Source: a virus. From it: DNA of 64,000 nt. Below, piece after piece: positions 17,922-27,415 of this stretch. The notes under the pieces were generated by a model. The model searched no databases, was not told where the DNA came from, and saw only the letters and a program-made list of their open reading frames with translations. The position numbers and the translations under genes are program-made. Position 1 is the first letter of the stretch. Every line of letters starts with the position of its first letter. The DNA lies in IMG/VR virus record IMGVR_UViG_3300027798_000038, positions 5,157-69,156 of that record; one strand, written 5' to 3'.

Positions 17922-18149
17922 ATGACAGAAGAAGTTAAAGCACCAGAAGCGCAGGCATCAGAAGCGCAATCACAAGCACCAGAAGCACAGGCAGCACCAG
18001 ACCTAAACGTAAATGATCTTACCGCACTTAAAAATATCATTGACGTTGCTACACAACGTGGTGCATTTAAAGCTGCCGAAATGGAAGCTGTAGGTAAAGT
18101 ATACAATCGATTGAATCTATTTTTAGAATCAGTTACTAAAAAGGAATAA
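17922..18149 (+). CDS. Hypothetical protein with an Ala/Gln/Glu repeat N-terminus
   Basis: SD AAGGAG; APEAQA-type short repeats. Confidence 0.75.
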   Translation: MTEEVKAPEAQASEAQSQAPEAQAAPDLNVNDLTALKNIIDVATQRGAFKAAEMEAVGKVYNRLNLFLESVTKKE

Positions 18150-18151
18150 AA

Positions 18152-18787
18152 ATGAAGAACTTAAAGCACATCGGTAGGATGAAAAATACAGGGGCGAAGG
18201 TAATTGTAGTGTTTAGGACTCTTCCTGGAGACTCAGGATCTGCTCTAGTACTGGGAACTTCAACGCTGACTGATTCATATCACGATGCGCTGATGACACT
18301 TCTAGAAAGCGGTCAAGGTCAAGAAGCTAACGAATTTGGCGAAATTATGTTTATTCGGCACTTTCCAGACGGTCGTCCGATGTTATCTGCATTACAAGCA
18401 GATAATCGATTACAAAAAGTTGCCACTGACGAAGTTATGATGATGCCTACACCGACATCTGATATTCAATTAGATCAATTAAATGTTTTAATTGCTGAAC
18501 AACAGAATATGGCTATAGATGATCTTGCTAGCTTGGTAAACGGCGGAAAAGAGACTAACACCAAAATTGAAACTGTAGCAGAAGTCAAAGAAGTTCCAAA
18601 GACAGAAACTCCAGTTCGTGCTCAAGCTACAGAGAATACAGCATTAACTGATTTAGATATTGCTAAATCGTATCGTAGTCAAGCCGATGCAATGTACAAA
18701 GAAGCTGCACGTTTGCGTAAACAAGCAGACGAGTTAGATCCACCTAAAAAGAAAGCGACAAAGGTATCAGAAGAAGCCGGTGCCTAA
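18152..18787 (+). CDS. Hypothetical phage protein
   Basis: SD AAGGA; 211 aa with a C-terminal coiled coil. Confidence 0.75.
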   Translation: MKNLKHIGRMKNTGAKVIVVFRTLPGDSGSALVLGTSTLTDSYHDALMTLLESGQGQEANEFGEIMFIRHFPDGRPMLSALQADNRLQKVATDEVMMMPTPTSDIQLDQLNVLIAEQQNMAIDDLASLVNGGKETNTKIETVAEVKEVPKTETPVRAQATENTALTDLDIAKSYRSQADAMYKEAARLRKQADELDPPKKKATKVSEEAGA

Positions 18788-19085
18788 AAAACTGTTTAAG
18801 CCGCCAAAAAATATCATTAAGGAGTGGCCGGAAGTATTCGAAGATATGTACATGAATACTATGCCGGTCGCTTATCTCAATAATATTAAATTGGAATTTA
18901 ACAACGGTAGAATATGGGAGCTTCGTGTCCCAGACATGCTGGCAAAATCAGATCCAGATGAGGTTGCTGATAAGTTAGTAGAGTTATTTCAAGAATATCA
19001 CGAAGAAATTAAAAAGATCGATTTCGAAATCGATATTGAAAAATTAAAAAAAGATGTTGCCTCTGGCACTAAGCGAATTCTTTAA
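18780..19085 (+). CDS. Hypothetical protein (last + strand gene)
   Basis: 101-aa ORF converging with the - strand block. Confidence 0.7.
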   Translation: MPKKLFKPPKNIIKEWPEVFEDMYMNTMPVAYLNNIKLEFNNGRIWELRVPDMLAKSDPDEVADKLVELFQEYHEEIKKIDFEIDIEKLKKDVASGTKRIL

Positions 19086-19087
19086 AA

Positions 19088-19894
19088 TTAAGGATTGAGT
19101 TTGTTAATTAGATTCTTATACAGTTCATCTGCAAATTCAATATGAGCTATTTCTTTTACATGATTTCCGCCATGTAATCGATCATCAGTAGCATAAGTAT
19201 ACAAATCAAATTTTGATAAATTAAATTCCGATGTACAAAATTCAGTATGCAATCTTTTCATTGAATGTTTAAAAGATTCCGGAAGTTCAGTTAACTCTGG
19301 ATGATTGTAATCTAACCGCATTGCCCAGCTATCGCAAAAAGCAAAATACAATCGATTTTTTAATTTAGTATTTGCTAGATTTAAAAAATATTGATAATGC
19401 ATTAACATTTGAAATGTAACCATTTTATCATCAAAATAAGATAAAAATACATTTTGATAAACCTTAAGATTGTCCGGGTAGGTAAATGAATGAGCTAATA
19501 AAATTGTTTCGGGATTATTTTCGTTATTAAATTTTAACAATCGTTCTTTCCCTGTTATTCCAACAATGACTAAATCAGTATCCTTAATCTGATTTTCTGC
19601 TAAATCTTTTTCGATTAGATAAATTTGTTCCGCCGATCCCGACCCCACTATAGCTCGATTTTCGTACGGCACATTTAATTTATTAGCTAAGTGCTTTATA
19701 AATGATTTTTCTTTACCTGCATTAACATACGCTGCCCAGTTGTTAGAAAACACCGGATCGTATCTTTTTATAAATTCTCTCCATCCGATCTGTTTTTTTA
19801 ATAAGTCGGCGTTTGGTACATAGTCCTCATCTTGAGTTTCTGATCCAGCAGTGTGACTGCATCCGTAAGCAACTAATCTATTAAACATTTTCAT
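19088..19894 (-). CDS. SGNH-like protein
   Basis: AYGCSHTAG, NRAIVGSGS, C-terminal HVKEIAH. Confidence 0.65.
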   Translation of the reverse strand: MKMFNRLVAYGCSHTAGSETQDEDYVPNADLLKKQIGWREFIKRYDPVFSNNWAAYVNAGKEKSFIKHLANKLNVPYENRAIVGSGSAEQIYLIEKDLAENQIKDTDLVIVGITGKERLLKFNNENNPETILLAHSFTYPDNLKVYQNVFLSYFDDKMVTFQMLMHYQYFLNLANTKLKNRLYFAFCDSWAMRLDYNHPELTELPESFKHSMKRLHTEFCTSEFNLSKFDLYTYATDDRLHGGNHVKEIAHIEFADELYKNLINKLNP

Positions 19895-20630
19895 TTTTAA
19901 AATTTACATTCTTTATAAACCAATTAGCTATCTTTTGATGTCCTAAAACACTTGGATGCTTTTTAGATGTATAATATTGTTCATATCCTTGTTTTATTAT
20001 TAATTGATCATGATAGGGATTTTTAATTCCGTCTCCCCATGTATCATTAATAATGTCAATTAATGTATTGCCTTTTACGTCAGCCCCTATAAAATCTGCA
20101 AAATTAATATTATTCATATCCGTGTAATCCGAAGGATTGTCAAATAAATTAAATTTAATAATGCGTACTTTAAATAGTTTACTTATTTTTTCCAATACAC
20201 TTAAAATATAAAACTGATCAATAATTCCAATAGTTCCGTGATCGTGAGAATTTATCAGTTGTCGATCAACTAAAAACTCTCCATAGTTTTTGCTGGTTGT
20301 TTTTTCAATGCTGCTACATCCAATTCGATCTCTAGTAGTTGTGGTCATACCAAACAACACCATGTCGCTTGTATTTATTTGATTATTATTGCATGCTAAC
20401 CATAACTTATCAAGCTGAGGAAAATTTCCAGATCCTCGTTCAGCATGATTTATTAGTTCAACATTTAATTCTTTTGCAATAAGAGCGACAAAACTAACAT
20501 TGTATTTTAAAAATTTTATTCTTTCACCAAAGTTCATACCATGCGTTGGGTCGAGCATAGTATTTTTATCATCTAAAAAATCATCCTGATCGCCAACTAC
20601 AAAACTATCTCCAAACGCATGAATTTTCAT
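19881..20630 (-). CDS. SGNH-like protein
   Basis: AFGDSFVVG, NHAERGSGN, HPSVLGHQKIA. Confidence 0.72.
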   Translation of the reverse strand: MKIHAFGDSFVVGDQDDFLDDKNTMLDPTHGMNFGERIKFLKYNVSFVALIAKELNVELINHAERGSGNFPQLDKLWLACNNNQINTSDMVLFGMTTTTRDRIGCSSIEKTTSKNYGEFLVDRQLINSHDHGTIGIIDQFYILSVLEKISKLFKVRIIKFNLFDNPSDYTDMNNINFADFIGADVKGNTLIDIINDTWGDGIKNPYHDQLIIKQGYEQYYTSKKHPSVLGHQKIANWFIKNVNFKNENV

Positions 20631-21487
20631 TTAAATCCACCAATTGCAGGACTGAGGTATAGGGTTGATAAAAACTGCATTTCTGATTCTGTAAACTGTA
20701 ATTGACATAGTTCGTTATTTAATCTAACATGAAACATCGGTGTCTCGTTATCGTTACCTAATAAAAATTTATTATTACCTTGATTATCATTTAATTTTGT
20801 TATCTGTTGATTAAAATATTTTTTACTCCAAGATAATAATTCATTTATATTGTTAAGAAAATAAGTCTTTTTATCTAAATGCAATAATTGTTCTGAAGGT
20901 ATATTATTTTGTCTACTACGCCAAGGTAACATAAAATATGGAACTTCAAGCATATGACATAGATGGGCTATGCCGCCATCATACCCAATCACACACTCAC
21001 ACAAATCTTTTATTAAGTGAGCTTTTGTTATTTTATCAGTATTTCTTGAATCAATAGTTATTACATCGTATCCGGCCATTTTTATAAATTCAATAATCTT
21101 TAAATTTTCTTCAATTGGATAGGTTTTATTAAACGGAAATTCTGTTGAATTATTAGAATTATTGAAAATTTGAGATGCGTCAGTGTAACATGCAACACCA
21201 ATAAACGGTCTAGCCTTGGTCGGCCGTTGAACTGTATAGTACGGACTATACATTTTAAAAAAATCATTTGGTAAAAGTCCGGTGCTGTTTTCTGTTAAAA
21301 AGACTGTTAATTTATCATCATCGATATTAAAAATTTGTTTGTATATCACAAAACTATGATATACACTTTTATGTGAAACATATAATTCAGTCACACCGGT
21401 ATCTAATAAAACTGACAATAAAATTAACTCGGTTCCCATACCTCTTTCCCATGTATGGTCTAACGTTATTGTTTTTACTGGGCTCAT
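20627..21487 (-). CDS. GT-B glycosyltransferase, GT9 (heptosyltransferase)-like
   Basis: RGMG near the N-terminus; CVIGYDGGIAHLCHMLEVP resembles the GT9 DSGxxHLA motif; ATGA overlap favours a start at 21487. Confidence 0.55.
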   Translation of the reverse strand: MSPVKTITLDHTWERGMGTELILLSVLLDTGVTELYVSHKSVYHSFVIYKQIFNIDDDKLTVFLTENSTGLLPNDFFKMYSPYYTVQRPTKARPFIGVACYTDASQIFNNSNNSTEFPFNKTYPIEENLKIIEFIKMAGYDVITIDSRNTDKITKAHLIKDLCECVIGYDGGIAHLCHMLEVPYFMLPWRSRQNNIPSEQLLHLDKKTYFLNNINELLSWSKKYFNQQITKLNDNQGNNKFLLGNDNETPMFHVRLNNELCQLQFTESEMQFLSTLYLSPAIGGFK

Positions 21488-22746
21488 TTTACATCTTTTA
21501 CACGCCAATTACGATCTTTGTCTTCCATCTTTTCGTGTGTATAGATTCTATCGACTCGACTGTAAGTTCCGCAGATATTAGCACAATAGGCCAATTTACC
21601 GTCTTTGCAGCTAGGCTTGGTCCATGTATCAGTAAACGCTCTGTCTAAGTGATGCGCTTCCATAATTTCGTTTAACGAGTGTAAATTTAAATCAAAGTGT
21701 TCCCATCCGTATTTACGAACTTCATGATGTAATTGTAAACTTTGACTATCGCCGTGTACTCCGTTCAAATGTGTTCCCATATAACAACAAGGTATAACTC
21801 TACCATGATTGTCAATAAAAATTTCTTTGCCGCCATTCATAGTTTTTGCTTTACATTTAATTTCAGCAGAATCTAACAAACTGTTATCTTCCGATGCTAA
21901 TATATCATAAACACGATCAACTCGATTCCAGTATCCGGTATCATGTAACTCACCGGCATCTTTTAAACGTTTATATTCTTCAAACCTAAACGGGTAAATG
22001 TCTACATTACTAACATCTGGTAGTGCATTTTCTAAATTTCGATTTTTTGGATTTTCTGGAGGATAAATGTAATAATCTAATTGTCCTTCGCGATCCATTG
22101 CAGCCATTTTAACTAATTTAGAACCATCATCTACACCCAACGCTTTTTTAGGATAGAATCGAGAAAATCCCATTTTCTTTGATAATTCAATTGCTTCGTC
22201 TATTTGATGTTCGTTGTGTCTAAAAATTAAATAATCCCAATTGGCAAATCCGCCAGCATCAATAAATGCTTGTGCATTAGCTATTAAATTTTTCCATTCG
22301 ACGTTTCTTCGATAGATATGATTTGTATCTTCAAGGCCGTCAATACTCCACGTGAGCTCCCAACGAAAGTGATCTTTATTATGTTCTGAAAATAACTTTC
22401 CCATCTTTGACCAAAACTCAGGCTTACGCATTCCGCCATTGGTATTCATACGAACAGCAGTCTTGGGATTAGTTTCGGCAATATATTCACAAATTTCATA
22501 CAAATCTTTTGCCATTCCCGGATCACCATGTACTCCGCAAAATAATACAATTTCTAATTTAGCAATAACTTCAGGTGGAAAATATTTTTTAAATTTTTCA
22601 ATTGTAATTTGTTCTATAATTAAGTCAGGGCGCACTAACGGACTATTACAATGAAACCGAGCACACATAGGACATGCTGCATTACAAGCATTAGTTAGCT
22701 CAACGTGTATTTGAGTTAGTTCTTCCCAATTAAAAAAGTTATTCAT
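21484..22746 (-). CDS. Radical SAM protein with a C-terminal SPASM/twitch-like domain
   Basis: CNAACPMC; C-terminal C...GRVIPCC...CANIC. Confidence 0.88.
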   Translation of the reverse strand: MNNFFNWEELTQIHVELTNACNAACPMCARFHCNSPLVRPDLIIEQITIEKFKKYFPPEVIAKLEIVLFCGVHGDPGMAKDLYEICEYIAETNPKTAVRMNTNGGMRKPEFWSKMGKLFSEHNKDHFRWELTWSIDGLEDTNHIYRRNVEWKNLIANAQAFIDAGGFANWDYLIFRHNEHQIDEAIELSKKMGFSRFYPKKALGVDDGSKLVKMAAMDREGQLDYYIYPPENPKNRNLENALPDVSNVDIYPFRFEEYKRLKDAGELHDTGYWNRVDRVYDILASEDNSLLDSAEIKCKAKTMNGGKEIFIDNHGRVIPCCYMGTHLNGVHGDSQSLQLHHEVRKYGWEHFDLNLHSLNEIMEAHHLDRAFTDTWTKPSCKDGKLAYCANICGTYSRVDRIYTHEKMEDKDRNWRVKDVK

Positions 22747-23953
22747 TATTGAATCCTATAATCTCTGCCCACTCGGGGAATGTTGTTGCAAAATCTTGTT
22801 TTCGATAAGCGTCATGCAGTTTAATTTTTTCTTTAAATTGCTTCCATCGATATTCGTCATACTTTCCTGCTTTAATAAAACTAATTACACCCGGTAAAAA
22901 ATTCTGCCAAACCAAATAATCTGGATTAATAGATTCTAATTTAGCAACTAATTTTTCTTTTACATCGTTTGGCATGTAAGAAATATTAAAATATTTGGGT
23001 CCGTGAACTAAATTTAGATACAACCCAAAATGACTAAAATCTTTATAAAATACATCCAATTGTTCTGGAAGATAAAAAATGTTCATGTTGCTTAGTGTCA
23101 CACACCAGCTTATATGTATATCGTGATGAGTTTTAGAAAACTCATATGCTGTTAACATATTGCCTTTTGCTTCTTCCCATACAGCAGGATATCGAACATA
23201 TTCAAACTTATCTCCAATACCGTCAATACTAAAATTTAAATTTAAATGTCTAAAATGTTTTAAAATTTTAATATTTTCAGTAGGCCATTGAGTAGCATTA
23301 GTTGCATAATGAACTTCAATGTCTTTAGAATAACCTTTGTCTACCGCAAGCTGAAGTGTTTTCCACATCTTCTTGCTCATAAATGGCTCTCCACCATAAA
23401 AATCAAATTGTTTGATAGTAGACAAGTTGTTTTCTAGGTCGTCCCAAAACGGGCTTTCATCATCGAATGTTTGATGATATTTTTTCATTTCTTGAGCATA
23501 GATTTTATAGGTAAAATTGAGTTCTTTAGATCGATATACATCAAAATCTTCCTGCATCCATGTACTGCTACTATGAGGAGCACATGTACGACATTTTAAA
23601 TTGCAGGTATTTCCAAGATTCAATTCAAACTTAGCAAGACCAATAAACGGTTCTCCGCCTTTGTTTACATGACCTATATATTTTTCATTGTCACGTAGAC
23701 GTTTACTCTTGCGGCCGGCGTCTTCTTCTTCCCAGCACAGCCGACATTTACTATTTCTAATTCCTTGTTGTAATTCTTCTCGAATTTTTACAAATTCAAT
23801 TTTTTGAAAATTTTCCTGTATGGTATTATTGCTAAGACCCATATCTTCATCATTTTCAATCATGCAACAAATTTTTGTTGTTCCGTCATTATTTGCGCTC
23901 ATTGCATGATCAGCATTAACGCACCAAGAATGTTTGTTATTATCGTTTATCAT
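22739..23953 (-). CDS. Radical SAM protein with an N-terminal Cys-rich (twitch-like) domain
   Basis: CNLKCRTC, GGEPF, SIDG; N-terminal WC...ICC...CRLC. Confidence 0.88.
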   Translation of the reverse strand: MINDNNKHSWCVNADHAMSANNDGTTKICCMIENDEDMGLSNNTIQENFQKIEFVKIREELQQGIRNSKCRLCWEEEDAGRKSKRLRDNEKYIGHVNKGGEPFIGLAKFELNLGNTCNLKCRTCAPHSSSTWMQEDFDVYRSKELNFTYKIYAQEMKKYHQTFDDESPFWDDLENNLSTIKQFDFYGGEPFMSKKMWKTLQLAVDKGYSKDIEVHYATNATQWPTENIKILKHFRHLNLNFSIDGIGDKFEYVRYPAVWEEAKGNMLTAYEFSKTHHDIHISWCVTLSNMNIFYLPEQLDVFYKDFSHFGLYLNLVHGPKYFNISYMPNDVKEKLVAKLESINPDYLVWQNFLPGVISFIKAGKYDEYRWKQFKEKIKLHDAYRKQDFATTFPEWAEIIGFNNE

Positions 23954-25298
23954 AGTTATTGTATATATCCTTACACAAATTGTAAAAATCTGTATATTCG
24001 GGAAATGTTTCTAATAAGTTTGTACTTAGACGTTTGTCATTTTCAGTAAAAAAACTATAGAAGTCTCTTCGACCTGCTTGAATTTTTTCTTCCGGAATAG
24101 TCTTGGCTTTCATAAAATCTGTTACACGTTTAAATTTTTCATATTCTAGATCGCTTAACCATTCACTGTCTTTAATAAACTGTAATGTGTCATCCATATA
24201 CGGCATGAAATCATCTGTAAGAATATTAATCATCCAATGTGGAGGCTCTTTCAAATATGGAGTATCAAACTTGATAGCTTCTGTTCCAAATTCTTTGCGC
24301 CATTCAATTACTTTCTCTAACAAACTCTTAAAGTTAGTAACACATAATACATTAAATGTACACATGAAGTTTACTGTGGTGCCTGTGGCCAGTACAGCTC
24401 GCATATTACGTTCCCAATGAACACAATCTAATCCTGTACGCATGTATTCTGCTTGTTCTCCCCAACTATCGATGCTGGTGTAAAAACTAAAGCTACGAAT
24501 TTTCTTTTGTGTCAGTAATGATTGTACACGTACTATCAAAGCATCTACTTTAGCAAAGCTCACTCCTAGATTACTGTTGAGACTAATTTCTAACTGGGGT
24601 GCAGGTTCTTTTTCTAACAAGTCAAAAAACTGCATTGCACCTGGATTCATCAACGGCTCTCCGCCAGTAATTCTTAGTGTGTGAAGATCGTTACGCAGGC
24701 TTGGCCACCAGCGCCAAAATGCATCAATATATGGGTTCTCATCTTTAGGGCCGTAGTAAGTGCCATTAGACATGAACTCAATACCGTATTGATTATAGGT
24801 TAGATCGTAATTGCCGTGCTTTTTAATTTCTTCGGTCCACATGGTGCTTGCTTGAGGACAGCAATACCCGCAACGATAGTTACATCCGTTGCCAAAACTA
24901 ACTTCTAAGTAACGTGGATTAATAGGAGCATCCCACGGCAATGCTGCTACTTCATCAATGATTGGTACAGAATAATCGCTAGAACTGTGAATCATACGAT
25001 CGCTAATATGCTCTCCTTCCAAATCTTCAATATTCCAACAGTAGTAACACTCTTCCGGACGTTCACCTTCAAGCATTTTTTTACGTTGTTCTTTTTTCCA
25101 TTTGGTATTATGTAATGCACTTGCATCAATAGCTATTTCATCTAATCCAATATGATGTGGGCGTGGATGATAACAACTGTGGTTGTCTCCTGTGTGGAGA
25201 TACAGTGTTTGATGCAGCCATTTCATAGTACAAAAGCTAGGACTAATTGAATTTAATTTGTCTCTAACTAATTTGATATATTGTAATTTATGATCCAT
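23940..25298 (-). CDS. Radical SAM protein with an N-terminal Cys/His domain
   Basis: CNYRCGYC, TGGEPL; SFC..KW, HSCYHP, ECYYCW. Confidence 0.88.
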   Translation of the reverse strand: MDHKLQYIKLVRDKLNSISPSFCTMKWLHQTLYLHTGDNHSCYHPRPHHIGLDEIAIDASALHNTKWKKEQRKKMLEGERPEECYYCWNIEDLEGEHISDRMIHSSSDYSVPIIDEVAALPWDAPINPRYLEVSFGNGCNYRCGYCCPQASTMWTEEIKKHGNYDLTYNQYGIEFMSNGTYYGPKDENPYIDAFWRWWPSLRNDLHTLRITGGEPLMNPGAMQFFDLLEKEPAPQLEISLNSNLGVSFAKVDALIVRVQSLLTQKKIRSFSFYTSIDSWGEQAEYMRTGLDCVHWERNMRAVLATGTTVNFMCTFNVLCVTNFKSLLEKVIEWRKEFGTEAIKFDTPYLKEPPHWMINILTDDFMPYMDDTLQFIKDSEWLSDLEYEKFKRVTDFMKAKTIPEEKIQAGRRDFYSFFTENDKRLSTNLLETFPEYTDFYNLCKDIYNNYDKR

Positions 25299-25998
25299 TT
25301 TCTAACCTTTTAATTAAATCTACTTGCCCTGATATACGAGTTTCTACAAACTCTGTTACTATTTTTACCAATTCGTTGTGTACTGTTTGATCTTTAATAT
25401 GGTTTGGTCGAATGTCTTTTAGAAAGTAATTAACGACAGCTTGTGCTGTTTCGAAAAGTGATGCTTCTTTCCTTGAAATATAAATTAATGCAGGACGTAC
25501 TTCGTTGTCAAATGTATCTGCATATTGATATTGCTCTGGATTAATATTAAACATAAATGTATCTAACCAATTTGGATTTTGTCTTGTAGTTCCTGCGTAT
25601 CCCGATGGAAACGACCACAATACCAACAATCTAAGATTTTTTTCTTTTACAACAGATTTAACCTCGTTCATAAATGTTTTTTGATATAATGTTTCCAACT
25701 CATTATTATAAAAATTTTTATAATGCATTTTGTACATGCTTTCAGTTCTTTGAATTCCTGGATTTAAATAGAATCGAGATGGATCAGACCATCCTAAAAT
25801 AATTACATCAGACGGGGTAAACGAATGAATATATTTTAAAAATTTAAGATAGATTTCGTGATTACTTAGTCCTCTATCCGCTTCATTTATAACAGAAAAT
25901 TTGCTAGCTAATTGCGTGGTCCACGGGCGTGTAGCTTGGTCAAAGTATGGCTCACTGTTAAAAAAGCTATCGCCAAAAATATAAATTTTAGCCATCAA
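25288..25998 (-). CDS. SGNH-like protein
   Basis: IFGDSF, NEADRGLSN, PNH...H. Confidence 0.65.
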   Translation of the reverse strand: MMAKIYIFGDSFFNSEPYFDQATRPWTTQLASKFSVINEADRGLSNHEIYLKFLKYIHSFTPSDVIILGWSDPSRFYLNPGIQRTESMYKMHYKNFYNNELETLYQKTFMNEVKSVVKEKNLRLLVLWSFPSGYAGTTRQNPNWLDTFMFNINPEQYQYADTFDNEVRPALIYISRKEASLFETAQAVVNYFLKDIRPNHIKDQTVHNELVKIVTEFVETRISGQVDLIKRLENGS

Positions 25999-27415
25999 TG
26001 TCCTTACATTTATTCCAGAAGTTTTCTAGTTCAGGAAAAGTTTTTAAAAAATCTGTTCCTCGTCTACGATCGTGCTCTGAGAAAAATTTATAAAAATTCT
26101 CCATGCCTCGATCTTTATTAAATCCTGTATCTGAGTTAATCCAATCGATTAATCGTTGGACTTTACTAATTTCAAAATCTTTAAAACCCTTGTGTCTATT
26201 CCAACGACCTTCTTTATGATGAATCATAAATTTCATTGCTCGTTCTAGTTCTGGAATTAATTCCGGAAGTAATTTAGGATTTAAATAATCAGGGTCCTGC
26301 AACTGCGGCATATCAAACCAAACTAGTTGTCTATCTTTATTATATTTTTTTCTTAACTCAAGAATGTATTCTACGTAAGAATAAATTCCCGTGTAGCTCA
26401 ATGCGTTAAATGTAATAATAAATGTTAAACTGTGCTTATGACTGTATTTTAAATATTCTCTAACATTGGCATCAAGTTTCTTAAAATCTAATCCGTTACG
26501 AACATACTCACCTTGGGCTCCAATATTATCCAAACTACAAAAAAGCATAAAGTGATCAATTGCATCTGCATCAGTTAATTCTTTAAGACCCCAAAAGAAT
26601 TTGGTCCATTGGTTGCCAGGAGGGCAACAATTGCTGGTAATACTTAAATGCAGATCTGCTTTAGGATGTTCTTTGACATAGTCAAACATGCGGAACGTGT
26701 TTTTATCCATCAACGGTTCACCCCCAGTCATCCGGAACGTTTGTAATGTAGGATAAATTTTAGGTAACCATTCCCAGAATGCTTTTAAGTGTGGGTTATC
26801 AGATCCGTTATTAATCTGCATTTCGTTTTGAATCCACGAAATATCGTTATGCCGTCTATCACTTAAAACATAAGAGCCTTCTTTTTTAATCTCGTCCATC
26901 CATGCTGTACTTAGATGTGGACTACAATATGCACATTTGAAATTACAGGCTTGATTAAAATTAACTTCAACGTATCGAGGATTCGCATTACCTTCGTGTC
27001 CTATAGCTAATGCTTCTTCAACAATTCCCTCTTCCCAAATGTCTTTGCTTCTATATGCCCTGTCACTAAGCTGACTTCCGCTATCTTCTATTTGCCAGCA
27101 AAATTCACATTCTTGTGGCCGAACTCCACTTAGCATCAACAGCCTCTGTGATTTTTTGTATTTGGTATTATGTAAAGCACTCACATCAATTGCAATTTCT
27201 TCTAATGGAACTGCATGATTCTTAGGATGGTAGCAACTGTGTGTACGTCCAGTGGGAATGTGTATACTAACGTTGAACCATTTAGCTAGACAAAAACTTG
27301 GACTTACTTCGTTAAGTTCTTTGTAAACGAATTCAGCATCCATCATGTAGTGGGTTTGATATTTCCCATCTACTTTTTTAATTTCATTACCTTTTATGTT
27401 TCTATCAAATTTCAT
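25988..27415 (-). CDS. Radical SAM protein, paralog of 23940..25298
   Basis: CNFKCAYC, TGGEPL; SPSFCLAKW, HSCYHP, ECEFCW. Confidence 0.88.
   Translation of the reverse strand: MKFDRNIKGNEIKKVDGKYQTHYMMDAEFVYKELNEVSPSFCLAKWFNVSIHIPTGRTHSCYHPKNHAVPLEEIAIDVSALHNTKYKKSQRLLMLSGVRPQECEFCWQIEDSGSQLSDRAYRSKDIWEEGIVEEALAIGHEGNANPRYVEVNFNQACNFKCAYCSPHLSTAWMDEIKKEGSYVLSDRRHNDISWIQNEMQINNGSDNPHLKAFWEWLPKIYPTLQTFRMTGGEPLMDKNTFRMFDYVKEHPKADLHLSITSNCCPPGNQWTKFFWGLKELTDADAIDHFMLFCSLDNIGAQGEYVRNGLDFKKLDANVREYLKYSHKHSLTFIITFNALSYTGIYSYVEYILELRKKYNKDRQLVWFDMPQLQDPDYLNPKLLPELIPELERAMKFMIHHKEGRWNRHKGFKDFEISKVQRLIDWINSDTGFNKDRGMENFYKFFSEHDRRRGTDFLKTFPELENFWNKCKDIDG

Noticed and set aside
17941-18001. GCACCAGAAGCGCAG-like short repeats as a non-coding array
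   Set aside because: They encode the low-complexity APEAQA linker of the 17922..18149 ORF
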